A DNA stretch of 54,732 nucleotides from a virus (Duplodnaviria > Heunggongvirae > Uroviricota > Caudoviricetes), in IMG/VR virus record IMGVR_UViG_3300029288_000078, positions 1-54,732 of that record; one strand, given 5' to 3'. The notes below the pieces were generated by a model, which saw nothing but the letters and a program-made list of their open reading frames with translations, ran no database searches and had not been told where the DNA came from. Both the position numbers and the translations under genes were made by a program. Below are positions 9,238 through 18,514 of this stretch, in pieces; within the stretch, counting starts at the first letter, position 1; the number at the start of each line of letters is the position of its first letter.

Positions 9238-10248
9238 ATGGCGAAAATTCTTGCTATCGGTGATTTGCATTTTAAACCGTCGAATCTTGTTGAGGGAAGA
9301 GAACTTGTTCATAAAATACTTCAAAAAGTAAAAGAGATACCAGATATTGATGCCATAGTTTTGTTAGGTGATTTGTTAGATAATCATGCGACTATTCATT
9401 CTCAGGCATTTAATTTGGTTTATGATTTGTTGAAAAACTTATTAGCATATAAAGTTTTTGTTTTAGTAGGCAATCATGATTATATTAATAATTCTCAGTT
9501 TTTAACCACTCAACACCCCTTTAATGTTTTTAAAGGGTGGGGTGAAAACATTGTCATTGTGGACGACTATACGACGTGGATTAAGGACGATCAGAAGTTT
9601 GTGTTTTTACCTTATGTGCCTACCGGAAGATTTCAAGAAGCATTAAAGACTAAAGAGCCGTTAGAGTTAAGCAAAATAGAATGTATTTTTGCTCATCAAG
9701 AATTTAAGGGTGCTATTTTTGGAGACAAGGGTGATGAATGGGATTATGAAACTCAAGTTATTTCTGGGCATATTCACACTCAAACGAATTTAAGACAACT
9801 TAACTGTGAAGGCATGGGCGCTGTGTTTTACGTAGGTAGCCCCGTGCAACATTGCTTTGCAGAAACTCCAGATAAATCTATATTGCTAATCGACACTTTA
9901 AATAAACCAAACTGGACATTTCACAAATTAGATATGCCTCAAAAACACACAATAGAAATTAAATTAGAAGATATAGACACTTTGGTTTTACCGGAGCGAG
10001 CGACTATTCGATTGAGAATTAAGTGTAGTTGTTCAAGTTGGGCGGTGTTTAAAAAGTCGAAAAAATATAAAGAACTAATAGACGCGAAAGTTAAAGTACA
10101 ACCATTAGCGATTGACGATGAAGCGCAGCTAAAGAAAATGGCGAAAAAGAGAACTACTTATATAGAATCTTTGAAAGTATATGCTGACAAGTCTGGTGGA
10201 TATGTACAAGAAGCGTTTTTGCAAATCATGGGGGAGATGGCAGCGTGA
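9238..10248 (+). CDS. sbcD: SbcD/Mre11-like nuclease subunit
   Basis: GDLH, GDLLD, GNHD, AHQ and GHIH metallophosphoesterase motifs; near sbcC. Confidence 0.88.
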   Translation: MAKILAIGDLHFKPSNLVEGRELVHKILQKVKEIPDIDAIVLLGDLLDNHATIHSQAFNLVYDLLKNLLAYKVFVLVGNHDYINNSQFLTTQHPFNVFKGWGENIVIVDDYTTWIKDDQKFVFLPYVPTGRFQEALKTKEPLELSKIECIFAHQEFKGAIFGDKGDEWDYETQVISGHIHTQTNLRQLNCEGMGAVFYVGSPVQHCFAETPDKSILLIDTLNKPNWTFHKLDMPQKHTIEIKLEDIDTLVLPERATIRLRIKCSCSSWAVFKKSKKYKELIDAKVKVQPLAIDDEAQLKKMAKKRTTYIESLKVYADKSGGYVQEAFLQIMGEMAA

Positions 10249-10979
10249 AAATATATCATGGCGACTGCTTAGTAGAAATGGATAAAATAGCAGACCACAG
10301 TGTAGATATGATTTTATGTGACTTACCCTATGGTTCTACTGCCTGCAAGTGGGATGTTTGTATTCCTTTTGAGCCATTGTGGCAGCAATATTGGCGAGTA
10401 TTAAAGCCTAATGGCGCTGTTGTTTTGTTTGGTAGTCAGCCTTTTACCACTAAACTCATTACTTCCCAATTAGAAAACTTTAAACTTGAAATTATATGGG
10501 AAAAATCAAGAGCCGCAAATCTAATGTTAGCAAAAAAACAAATACTAAAAGTGCATGAAAACATCATCGTATTTTATAAAAAACCTCCTACTTATAATCC
10601 AAATAAATGGTTAATTTCAGAGAGATTTATTGATAGAAGAAAGAAATTGATTCAAGAAAACAAAAAGAAAATTGGAGTAACTGGCATTGATAAAAAAGAT
10701 GATTTGTTTATTCGGCCAATAGATAACGGAGAGCGCTATCCAATGTCGGTTTTATCATGTGCCACAGAAGGCAATGCAGTACACCCCACCCAAAAGCCCG
10801 TCGCATTACTCGAATATCTAATCAAAACGTACACGAACGAAAACGAAACTGTACTCGATAACTGCATGGGTTCGGGCAGTACGGGAGTAGCTTGCGTCAA
10901 CACTAATCGCAATTTCATTGGCATTGAGAAGGATGATAAATATTTTGAGATAGCCAAAAACAGAATAGGAATAATATGA
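10245..10979 (+). CDS. N4-cytosine/N6-adenine DNA methyltransferase (beta class)
   Basis: DLPY, HPTQKP and DNCMGSGSTG motifs. Confidence 0.92.
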   Translation: MKIYHGDCLVEMDKIADHSVDMILCDLPYGSTACKWDVCIPFEPLWQQYWRVLKPNGAVVLFGSQPFTTKLITSQLENFKLEIIWEKSRAANLMLAKKQILKVHENIIVFYKKPPTYNPNKWLISERFIDRRKKLIQENKKKIGVTGIDKKDDLFIRPIDNGERYPMSVLSCATEGNAVHPTQKPVALLEYLIKTYTNENETVLDNCMGSGSTGVACVNTNRNFIGIEKDDKYFEIAKNRIGII

Positions 10980-11338
10980 ATTTTTTAACTAGATTTTTTC
11001 ATACACACTCTTGGAAACATAACACCATTATTAAAAAAGAATGGTATGGGTGTATAGAAATAACGAGCAGGAAGTGTACGGTATGCAGCGAACAAGATGA
11101 GTATACGCCTTGCTGGAGTCAACAGTTGCATTGTAAATATTGTGATAAGGATGGCGTTGAAAATAAGTGCAGATATTATCAACAATGTTACGAAGAAGAT
11201 AAAATCCCTTTGCCGGATTCCGGTAATTATGTTGTTTCTGCTATAGAAAGATTGTTTCGTGCTTTTTCAAAACTTCAAAAAGTCATGATGGAAAATCCAT
11301 TGCCAGTAAAAGGGGAGACTAGTGAAAATAACATGTAA
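10976..11338 (+). CDS. Hypothetical Cys-rich protein
   Basis: 120 aa, coupled to both neighbours. Confidence 0.55.
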   Translation: MNFLTRFFHTHSWKHNTIIKKEWYGCIEITSRKCTVCSEQDEYTPCWSQQLHCKYCDKDGVENKCRYYQQCYEEDKIPLPDSGNYVVSAIERLFRAFSKLQKVMMENPLPVKGETSENNM

Positions 11339-13907
11339 GAATTTTAAGCAGCATGAAGACAGGGAATTTCTATTTCCAGATAAGGGTTTAGTTTTATTAA
11401 ATGGAGGATCGGGGCGTGGCAAATCAACTATATTCAAAGCCATCTTAGAAGCCTTATATGATTCCGTAAAAAAACCATACACATTTGGCACTAAAGTTTG
11501 CAGTGTTGATTTAGAGTTGGGCGATCTTAAAATCATGCGTCAAAAAGGGCCTAATCGTTTAATCGTTAACGGCCAAGAAGATGCAGCGGCGCAAGATATT
11601 ATTCATAAGATAATGGGCATGAACGAAGCTGAATTTATGGCGAGTTCGTATATTCAACAGAAAATGCAATCTAGTTTGCTTACATTGTCGCCAGCAGATC
11701 AACTATCGTTTATTGAAAAACTTGCTTTTGGTGAAAACAGTCCAGAGAAATTTAAAGTAAAAATTAACGATTTGGTGTTGGCTAGAAAAAAAGACGTTGA
11801 GGGCATATCAAAAAAAACAACAATGTTGGATGAAATGATCTTGCCACAAGAGGCTTTAATCGCAAAATTAGAATCGCAGCTAGTTGAAACTGAAGAAATT
11901 TCACAGGATATAATCAAGGACACTCGTGAGCGATATTCTAATTTTAAACAGCGTAAAGAAACGGCTTTGGACGTATTGCGAGCTTTGACGAACGAAAAAA
12001 ACAATGCTGGTTATGCTGTTTTGGATAATTTAGAAAAAGCGCAAAAACACGTTGAGAGTTTACAGTCTTCGGAAGCAGAGCGTTTGGCGGCATTGGATGT
12101 AGAAGTTGAAAAACTTGGTATTTCTTGGAAGGAAATGTCTAGGACTTCTGCGGTAGAGATATTAGAACAGTGGCGTGAATACCCTCGTTATTGCAAGGTT
12201 ATTAATGAACTTGAACGCCATATAATTAGACTGGCTGAATACAATGCTCAAAATGATTTAGCGAAGGCAGATATCGAAACAGAATTAAACGCATTGCCTA
12301 AAACCGAGTTATCCGAATTAAAAGTTTTATTAAAAAAAATAACAGAAATTAATGAATGGTTGAATAAAAAAGAAGAATTATTAGCAATTAGTAATCCAAT
12401 ATCGGAGAAATATCTTTTAGCTTGGCGTCCGATGGATTTAAAAGGTGTAAAGAAGTTTGAGGCTATTAAAGCTGAAATAGAAATCGTTATTGAAAAAACG
12501 ATATTAGCAGTACGAGTATTAGAAATCGAAAATGCGAACGTACAAGAAAAGTTATCTTTGCTAACCCAGTCGGAAAAGCAATTAATTTGTCCACAATGTC
12601 AATCAGCGCTGTCGTTAATAGAGGGTAAATTAAAAGTTGAAATTGCTACACGAGACAATGAGAATGAAAAACGAGAGTTGCAGCAGGCAATAAAAGATAT
12701 TACTACTCGTATATCTGGCGCTAAGGATGACTTGCTAGAGAAGCGTATTGATTTAAATACGGTGAATCAGGTGATTAAAGATGTTTCTAAGTTTCCGGCC
12801 AAGCCAAATGAGTTGCCTGCGATTAAAGGACAAACCGCACCAATAGAAGAAGAAATTGCAGCACAAACGGCAATTGAACAACAACGCAGCAATTTATTAA
12901 ACAAACTTGAGTTAATCAATAAAGAGCAGCTATCTAAACGAATTGAAGAAGAAATTGAGCTTAAGTTTAAAGAACAACAATCATTTTTAAAGACGTGGCC
13001 AAATTTTGAAAATGGGATTGGGTTTTCGAAGGATGTTGCAGAACAAAAAGCAGAAGTCAAGAGACTAGAAGAATATTTGGTTGTTAATGATGACAAGGAT
13101 ACTCAGCGGCGTAATTTGAATTTGCAAAAAGTAAACGAATCAGCTCTTTTGAATAATGCAAAACAGGCGTTGTGTGATCTTGAAAGTAAAGCTAACAGCG
13201 TTCGTTCTGCTTTGCGGCATAAGCATTTAATTGATGCAGAGATATCTTCTAATGAAACTGAAATAACCAATGCTGTTGCTAAGATGGCTGAATTAACTCC
13301 TGTTATAGAAAAATTAGATTTAATCGCTAAACAGAAGCAACTGAATAGAGATATTGATTTTAAAATTGAATCAGCAAAATCTAACTTACAAAATTTAATT
13401 GATCAAAAAAATCTTGTATTGTCGGAGACAAAAATAGCTGAGGATAAATTAGAAGGCACTATTAGGCTTAAACAGTTTTCAGAAGCCGCGCAAATGGAGT
13501 CTATTGCGTCTGTCGTTGAATCTATTAATATTGCGGCCAAAGACTTTTTAGATTTATTATTTCCAGATAATCCCATCATTGTGTCGCTCTTGCCGTTTAA
13601 ACAGACAAAAGATGCTGGTGTTAGAGCTAAGTTTTCTACAGTAATTAAATATAAAGGTTGCGAATATAGCGATATTGATGAAATCTCTGGTGGAGAATAC
13701 GATCGTATTGTATTGGCGTATCAGTTGGCGTTGAATCAAATATATCAATCTCCTATTTTGCTTCTGGATGAGGCATTTACGGCAGTGGAAGAGGAATTAT
13801 TTTTATTAGCTATGGATGCTCTTAAGATCATTGCTGAGAACAAACTGATTGTGGTAGTGTCTCACGGGGCGATTCAGGGTTTGTTTGATGAGGTTATAGA
13901 GGTGTAA
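11322..13907 (+). CDS. sbcC: SbcC/Rad50-like SMC ATPase
   Basis: GGSGRGKS, Q-loop YIQQ, CPQC zinc hook, ISGGE signature, LLLDE and VSH. Confidence 0.92.
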   Translation: MKITCKNFKQHEDREFLFPDKGLVLLNGGSGRGKSTIFKAILEALYDSVKKPYTFGTKVCSVDLELGDLKIMRQKGPNRLIVNGQEDAAAQDIIHKIMGMNEAEFMASSYIQQKMQSSLLTLSPADQLSFIEKLAFGENSPEKFKVKINDLVLARKKDVEGISKKTTMLDEMILPQEALIAKLESQLVETEEISQDIIKDTRERYSNFKQRKETALDVLRALTNEKNNAGYAVLDNLEKAQKHVESLQSSEAERLAALDVEVEKLGISWKEMSRTSAVEILEQWREYPRYCKVINELERHIIRLAEYNAQNDLAKADIETELNALPKTELSELKVLLKKITEINEWLNKKEELLAISNPISEKYLLAWRPMDLKGVKKFEAIKAEIEIVIEKTILAVRVLEIENANVQEKLSLLTQSEKQLICPQCQSALSLIEGKLKVEIATRDNENEKRELQQAIKDITTRISGAKDDLLEKRIDLNTVNQVIKDVSKFPAKPNELPAIKGQTAPIEEEIAAQTAIEQQRSNLLNKLELINKEQLSKRIEEEIELKFKEQQSFLKTWPNFENGIGFSKDVAEQKAEVKRLEEYLVVNDDKDTQRRNLNLQKVNESALLNNAKQALCDLESKANSVRSALRHKHLIDAEISSNETEITNAVAKMAELTPVIEKLDLIAKQKQLNRDIDFKIESAKSNLQNLIDQKNLVLSETKIAEDKLEGTIRLKQFSEAAQMESIASVVESINIAAKDFLDLLFPDNPIIVSLLPFKQTKDAGVRAKFSTVIKYKGCEYSDIDEISGGEYDRIVLAYQLALNQIYQSPILLLDEAFTAVEEELFLLAMDALKIIAENKLIVVVSHGAIQGLFDEVIEV

Positions 13908-13934
13908 TGTTTTTAGACGGACTAGGAGGATAGA

Positions 13935-14117
13935 ATGACGCATCCGTTAATTTGTACGATGGTAATAGAACGACTTCAGGATAGTGATCGTTTCTTAAGC
14001 GCCTTGTATGATGGCACTAAAGATCAGACTTTTGACACTGCAAGGCATTTTGTGAGAATGGCGATTGATGAATTAGAAAGAGCGAAAGATAAAACTAAAG
14101 ACGCAGTTCGTAAGTAG
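13935..14117 (+). CDS. Hypothetical protein
   Basis: 60 aa, GGAGG SD. Confidence 0.6.
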   Translation: MTHPLICTMVIERLQDSDRFLSALYDGTKDQTFDTARHFVRMAIDELERAKDKTKDAVRK

Positions 14118-14313
14118 GTTTTCCGTTTGTATAAAACCCTCTAATGTCTAATTGGGAGCCGTCTTTAAATTGAACTAAAACATATTTAGCGGCACATGTT
14201 TTCGAGTATTCTAATCCATCGGTACTGTTTTTCTTACAGCTTCCGCCATCCCCTGAAAAAGAAATCCAATCAATTTGAGAAACATCTTTATTAACGAGTT
14301 GTTGTAGTTCCAT
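14095..14313 (-). CDS. Hypothetical protein
   Basis: AGGAG SD before ATG 14313; downstream of the SAM-lyase-like gene. Confidence 0.5.
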   Translation of the reverse strand: MELQQLVNKDVSQIDWISFSGDGGSCKKNSTDGLEYSKTCAAKYVLVQFKDGSQLDIRGFYTNGKPTYELRL

Positions 14314-15004
14314 ATGCATTTCTCCTTGTTAAAAGTGCTGTTCGCAATCTTGATAAAGGTGAACTCTTCATTACAGATACCAAGTTTTCATAGTCGATAT
14401 TTGGGTTAAAAGTCGCCCCGTCGCTTTTCATAATTGGTTCTTTTGGAGCATTTGGCAAGTCATAATTTGTGTTCATAAAGGTGTATGTTTTATGGCCTTT
14501 ACTTGGCAATCCAGAATAAGCAGCAGGTTTTTGGTCAGCCGGTATCGAAGGATCGGTCAAAGGATCTTTTTGATATACGGTGTGGCCTTCTCCTTGGAAA
14601 GCTTTGCCTTGGTGTTGTCCATTTACAAAAGCGACTTGATGTTTTCCTGAATCGCTTAGAAAAACTGATTCTTGTCCGGCGGCTCGTCCTAATTCTTGTA
14701 TATGCGAAAAATCTTTAGGCTCGTGAACTAAAAAGCTATGTTCGCGTGCATTGGGATTATATTGATAGCGCCCTTGAACGTGGAAAAAGCCGCCAATTTT
14801 TCCTTCTGCTTGGAGCTGTTGCAATTTACTTTGCATCTGTTCTCTAGTCATGGTGCCTGAATCTGGGTAAGCTGGTTCATCTGCGGTCAGTACTGCGAAT
14901 CTGCCCTTTTTGTTGGCAATTCGATTTAGAATGTCGTTTGGACTCGATTTTTTTAGTAGCTCGCAAATCTCATCTAGGTTGTTATTAAGTGTTTCGTAGT
15001 TCAT
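14291..15004 (-). CDS. Putative SAM lyase (T3 SAMase/DUF3293-like) with LxK-motif extensions
   Basis: AVLTADEP...GRYQ...REHSFLV...ELGRAAGQESVFL follows the T3 SAMase motif order (VLVSAF...GCY...EE.TV...EQDCVL). Confidence 0.55.
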   Translation of the reverse strand: MNYETLNNNLDEICELLKKSSPNDILNRIANKKGRFAVLTADEPAYPDSGTMTREQMQSKLQQLQAEGKIGGFFHVQGRYQYNPNAREHSFLVHEPKDFSHIQELGRAAGQESVFLSDSGKHQVAFVNGQHQGKAFQGEGHTVYQKDPLTDPSIPADQKPAAYSGLPSKGHKTYTFMNTNYDLPNAPKEPIMKSDGATFNPNIDYENLVSVMKSSPLSRLRTALLTRRNAYGTTTTR

Positions 15005-15044
15005 TTCTTTGTCCTTTTAAAAAGAGTATCTTCTCTTACCTTTA

Positions 15045-15071
15045 ATATCGGCACATTTCAAGAAAACTTAA
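15045..15071 (-). promoter_or_regulatory. Sigma28/FliA-like promoter
   Basis: TTAAGTTT-N11-GCCGATAT on the minus strand, about 40 nt before ATG 15004. Confidence 0.45.
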
Positions 15072-15079
15072 GCGGCTTC

Positions 15080-15108
15080 TTGCAACTTTTTTGGTTAGCC
15101 AATATGTT
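15080..15108 (+). promoter_or_regulatory. Sigma70-like promoter of dnaE
   Basis: TTGCAA-N17-TATGTT. Confidence 0.55.
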
Positions 15109-15142
15109 AATACCACAATCCAGTTTAACAGGGGATAGAGAT

Positions 15143-18100
15143 ATGACAAAATTTAAACCATTGGCGTGTGGCTTTCATGCGCATAGCCATTTTTCTTTAG
15201 ACGGCGGTTCAACTGTAAAGAAGTTGGTAGACAGGGCAAAAGAGCTTGGTAGAACAGCAATGAACCTAACTGATCATGGAAATATGAATGGGTTGGCTGA
15301 TTTACATATGTTGTGCGATAAGGCAAAGATAAAACCTATTCATGGCATTGAGCTTTATGTAATTAATGATCAATGGTTTCCGGCTAAAGAGAGCGGTAAG
15401 CCTGTTTTTAAACATCTTACGGTTCATTTTGTTAATCAGCGGGCATATGAGTGGTTTTGTAAAAAATCGGTGGATATGGAGCAACGAGCTGTAACTATAT
15501 TTGGCGAACGTAAACAAATTCTATATTGGCATGAGCTGTTGGAAATCTCTGATCATATAGTCTTGGGTTCGGGGTGCTTAGGTTCTTTTGTTATGGCTGC
15601 TGTTCGAGAATTAAAGAATATCGATTTGGCTGAGAGAATTTATTGTGAAATACGTAGTGCTGTTCCTAAAGGTAGATTTTTTGCAGAGATATTCCCACAC
15701 AAATTAACTGAGAGTTGGCAACGCCCAGAGTATATAAAAAACACTCGCACTTTGATTAACCCAGGGTATTACAAACAAAACGATCCTGATCCCGAATGTG
15801 GCCACGCTCCATTAGATGCGATGCGTAAACCAAATGAATTTATCCTACACATGGCGACTAAATATAAAGATCCGATTGTTATTTCTGAAGATTGTGTTAA
15901 GAAAAACACTTTGATTAAGACTACTCGTGGCACTATTTTTATTCAGCATGTACTTCCGGGTGATTATGTTTTAACTCATAAAAGTAGATTTAGAAAAGTT
16001 TTGGCAACTAAAGGCGTATTAACTAATAAGCGTAAATTGGAGTTTGTTTTTAAAGGGTTTGAGCCTTTAGTGGTAACAGAGGATCATAAAATTTGGGTAA
16101 GAAAAGCGACGGCAAGTAGTTCGTTTCAAAGAACAGAAGAACCAAAATGGATTGAAGCTAAAGATTTAACTCCTCGTGATTATTGTTTGATTCCTAATTC
16201 TCCACAATTCACTCCTGACGGTAAAGTGTGTGATTTATGGTCGAATACTAAATTTTTAAGATCTCTTACGGAAGACGAACAGGGTAATTGGCTGAAAATT
16301 ACTGCGATAGAGGAAATCAAAACAGATGAGCCATTTTATGATTTGTATGTTGATGAGGACAATTCTTTTGCTACTGAGCATATTGTTGTACATAATTGTC
16401 ATATTGCTACTGCTGATGAATGGAGTACTCAGAACATTAAAATGGGTAGAGGGGCAGATGCTTGGCGCTTTAGTGTTCCATATGCGATGAACGAAACAGA
16501 GTATTGGGCTGATCATTTAAGGTTGCAATTAGGTGACGCTGTTATTACGGATCGGTTTATAGATGAAGTTGTAAGTAACTCTTACCAGTTCGTGGATTTA
16601 TTTAATGATTATAAATTTACCACATCGAAAGACAAATGGATTTTGCCAACTACGGAAATAGTTTTTGGTAACACTTATGGCGAGAAAACTAATAAAGAAA
16701 TCTTAAAGAAATTAATTATTGAATACGGTCGATTGCCGTCAAAATCTGATCCGATGTTTAAAACCTATATTGACAGGCTTGCTTATGAAGTGTCTGTTCT
16801 TTCTGATAACAAGAAAATAGATTTATTGCCATATTTCTTTGTTTTGGCTGACTTAACTAAATGGGCAAAAGAAAATAATAGGATTTGTCAGGCTCGTGGT
16901 AGTGCTGGAGGGAGTTTAGTTACTTATTTGTTAGGCATCAGTGTTACAGATCCTATTAAATGGGATTTGCAATTTGAAAGATTTTTGACGCTTGGAAGAA
17001 TTTTGGCTGGAACTTTACCGGATATTGATGAAGATTTTGACGTTAAAGATATAATTATTCAATATTTAAAAGAAAAATATAAAGATAAAATGGCCAAAGT
17101 TAGTATTAATGTTCTTATGAAAATAAAAAGTGCCATTAGGGATGTTGAGAGAGTAGAACGGGGCGAAGTGTCTCAATCTACAGAACAGATGTGCAGAAAA
17201 ATGCCGGATCTGCCACAAGGAATTGATGCTGAAAGTTGGTTAAATGGATATGAAGATAAAGAAACTGGAGCGTGGGTTAGTGGATATATAGAAGAAAAAA
17301 CACCAGAAGCAGAACAACTTCGGCAATATATTACAAATGAACCAAAATTATGGAAAGAGGTTTTGAAATGTTTGGGTATTGTACGACAAAAGGGATCTCA
17401 TGCTTGTGGTTTGTTAATAGCCGATGATGCAATTACAAAATATACACCAATAACAATAATTGGAGATGAATTAGTAACAGGTTATTGTCCGAAAGGGTGT
17501 GAATATAAGGGGCTGGTTAAGTTTGATATTTTAGGAGTTAAAACGCTAGATGCATGTAGGGTAACTCTTAATAGTATTTTAGAGCACACAGGCGAGAGGT
17601 TGGTTTGGAAAGAATTTGATCACGATCCGGACGTGTATGAACACATCATTGGAAATCGGTTATTGTGTGGCATTTTCCAAGTAGGAACCGATACCATGCG
17701 CCCTTTTGTGTATGCCTTAAACCCTAAAAATACCTTTGAGCTTTCCAATGTGATTGCTTTAGTTCGCCCCGGTACTTTAGATGCGCCCGTTAAGATATCA
17801 GAAAAAGAAACGATCACTGCTGCCGATTTCTTTGTACAATGCCAGCAAAAAAAACGTAGTCCTAATTTTATTCATCCAGATTTAATTCCAATATTAAAAG
17901 ATACCCATGGTATTAACCTCTTTCAAGAACAAACATTAAGAATTTTTAGAGATTTAGGCGAAATGTCATATGAACAAGCAGAAATGGCTAGACGTGCAAT
18001 TGGTAAAAAAGATAAAGAATTACTTGTTCAAGAAATAGGCAAACTAAAACAAGCATTAACTGAAAAAGGTACTTGGTCAGAAGCTCAAATAGAAGAATTA

Positions 18101-18514
18101 AGTGAAGTTATCATTGCCAGTTCTAAGTATTCCTTTAATAAATCTCACAGTGCTGCATATGCAGTCGTTGCTTATAATGGAATGTGGTTAAAATATCACT
18201 ATCCAATTCATTTCTATCGAGGACTTTTATCAATTAATAACGATGATCATGATGAAATTAAATTAATCATCCGTGAAGCTGGCGATATTATTTTACCTCC
18301 CGATGTTCAACATTCACATGCAAACGAATGGACAATCGAGGGGGATAAATTACGTGCTCCATTGTCGTTGATAAAAGGCGTGGGTGGCATTGGCGCAGCT
18401 GACTTAAAACAGTTTATCGATCACGGTACGATAAATCTAAACGCTAAAGAAATAAAAATTAAAAATGTATTAAAGCCAAGAAAGAAAAAAGGGGAACAAG
18501 ATGCTGTGGAATGA
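15143..18514 (+). CDS. dnaE: DNA polymerase III alpha-like (DnaE), PHP and polymerase part, intein-containing
   Basis: HAHSHFSLDG, TDHG, RGSAGGSLV, LPDIDEDF, HACG, KFDILG, FNKSH and HhH motifs; start ATG 15143. Confidence 0.95.
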   Translation: MTKFKPLACGFHAHSHFSLDGGSTVKKLVDRAKELGRTAMNLTDHGNMNGLADLHMLCDKAKIKPIHGIELYVINDQWFPAKESGKPVFKHLTVHFVNQRAYEWFCKKSVDMEQRAVTIFGERKQILYWHELLEISDHIVLGSGCLGSFVMAAVRELKNIDLAERIYCEIRSAVPKGRFFAEIFPHKLTESWQRPEYIKNTRTLINPGYYKQNDPDPECGHAPLDAMRKPNEFILHMATKYKDPIVISEDCVKKNTLIKTTRGTIFIQHVLPGDYVLTHKSRFRKVLATKGVLTNKRKLEFVFKGFEPLVVTEDHKIWVRKATASSSFQRTEEPKWIEAKDLTPRDYCLIPNSPQFTPDGKVCDLWSNTKFLRSLTEDEQGNWLKITAIEEIKTDEPFYDLYVDEDNSFATEHIVVHNCHIATADEWSTQNIKMGRGADAWRFSVPYAMNETEYWADHLRLQLGDAVITDRFIDEVVSNSYQFVDLFNDYKFTTSKDKWILPTTEIVFGNTYGEKTNKEILKKLIIEYGRLPSKSDPMFKTYIDRLAYEVSVLSDNKKIDLLPYFFVLADLTKWAKENNRICQARGSAGGSLVTYLLGISVTDPIKWDLQFERFLTLGRILAGTLPDIDEDFDVKDIIIQYLKEKYKDKMAKVSINVLMKIKSAIRDVERVERGEVSQSTEQMCRKMPDLPQGIDAESWLNGYEDKETGAWVSGYIEEKTPEAEQLRQYITNEPKLWKEVLKCLGIVRQKGSHACGLLIADDAITKYTPITIIGDELVTGYCPKGCEYKGLVKFDILGVKTLDACRVTLNSILEHTGERLVWKEFDHDPDVYEHIIGNRLLCGIFQVGTDTMRPFVYALNPKNTFELSNVIALVRPGTLDAPVKISEKETITAADFFVQCQQKKRSPNFIHPDLIPILKDTHGINLFQEQTLRIFRDLGEMSYEQAEMARRAIGKKDKELLVQEIGKLKQALTEKGTWSEAQIEELSEVIIASSKYSFNKSHSAAYAVVAYNGMWLKYHYPIHFYRGLLSINNDDHDEIKLIIREAGDIILPPDVQHSHANEWTIEGDKLRAPLSLIKGVGGIGAADLKQFIDHGTINLNAKEIKIKNVLKPRKKKGEQDAVE
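15893..16396 (+). mobile_element. Mini-intein (168 aa, no endonuclease) in the DnaE PHP domain
   Basis: N-terminal CVKKNT, block B VTEDHK, block F FYDLYV, C-terminal VVHN followed by Cys; splicing restores SED-CH. Confidence 0.9.

Noticed and set aside
18481-18494. dnaX-type -1 frameshift at AAAAAAG joining the two DnaE ORFs
   Set aside because: The heptamer is not phased as A AAA AAG, and the downstream ORF is in the +1 frame.
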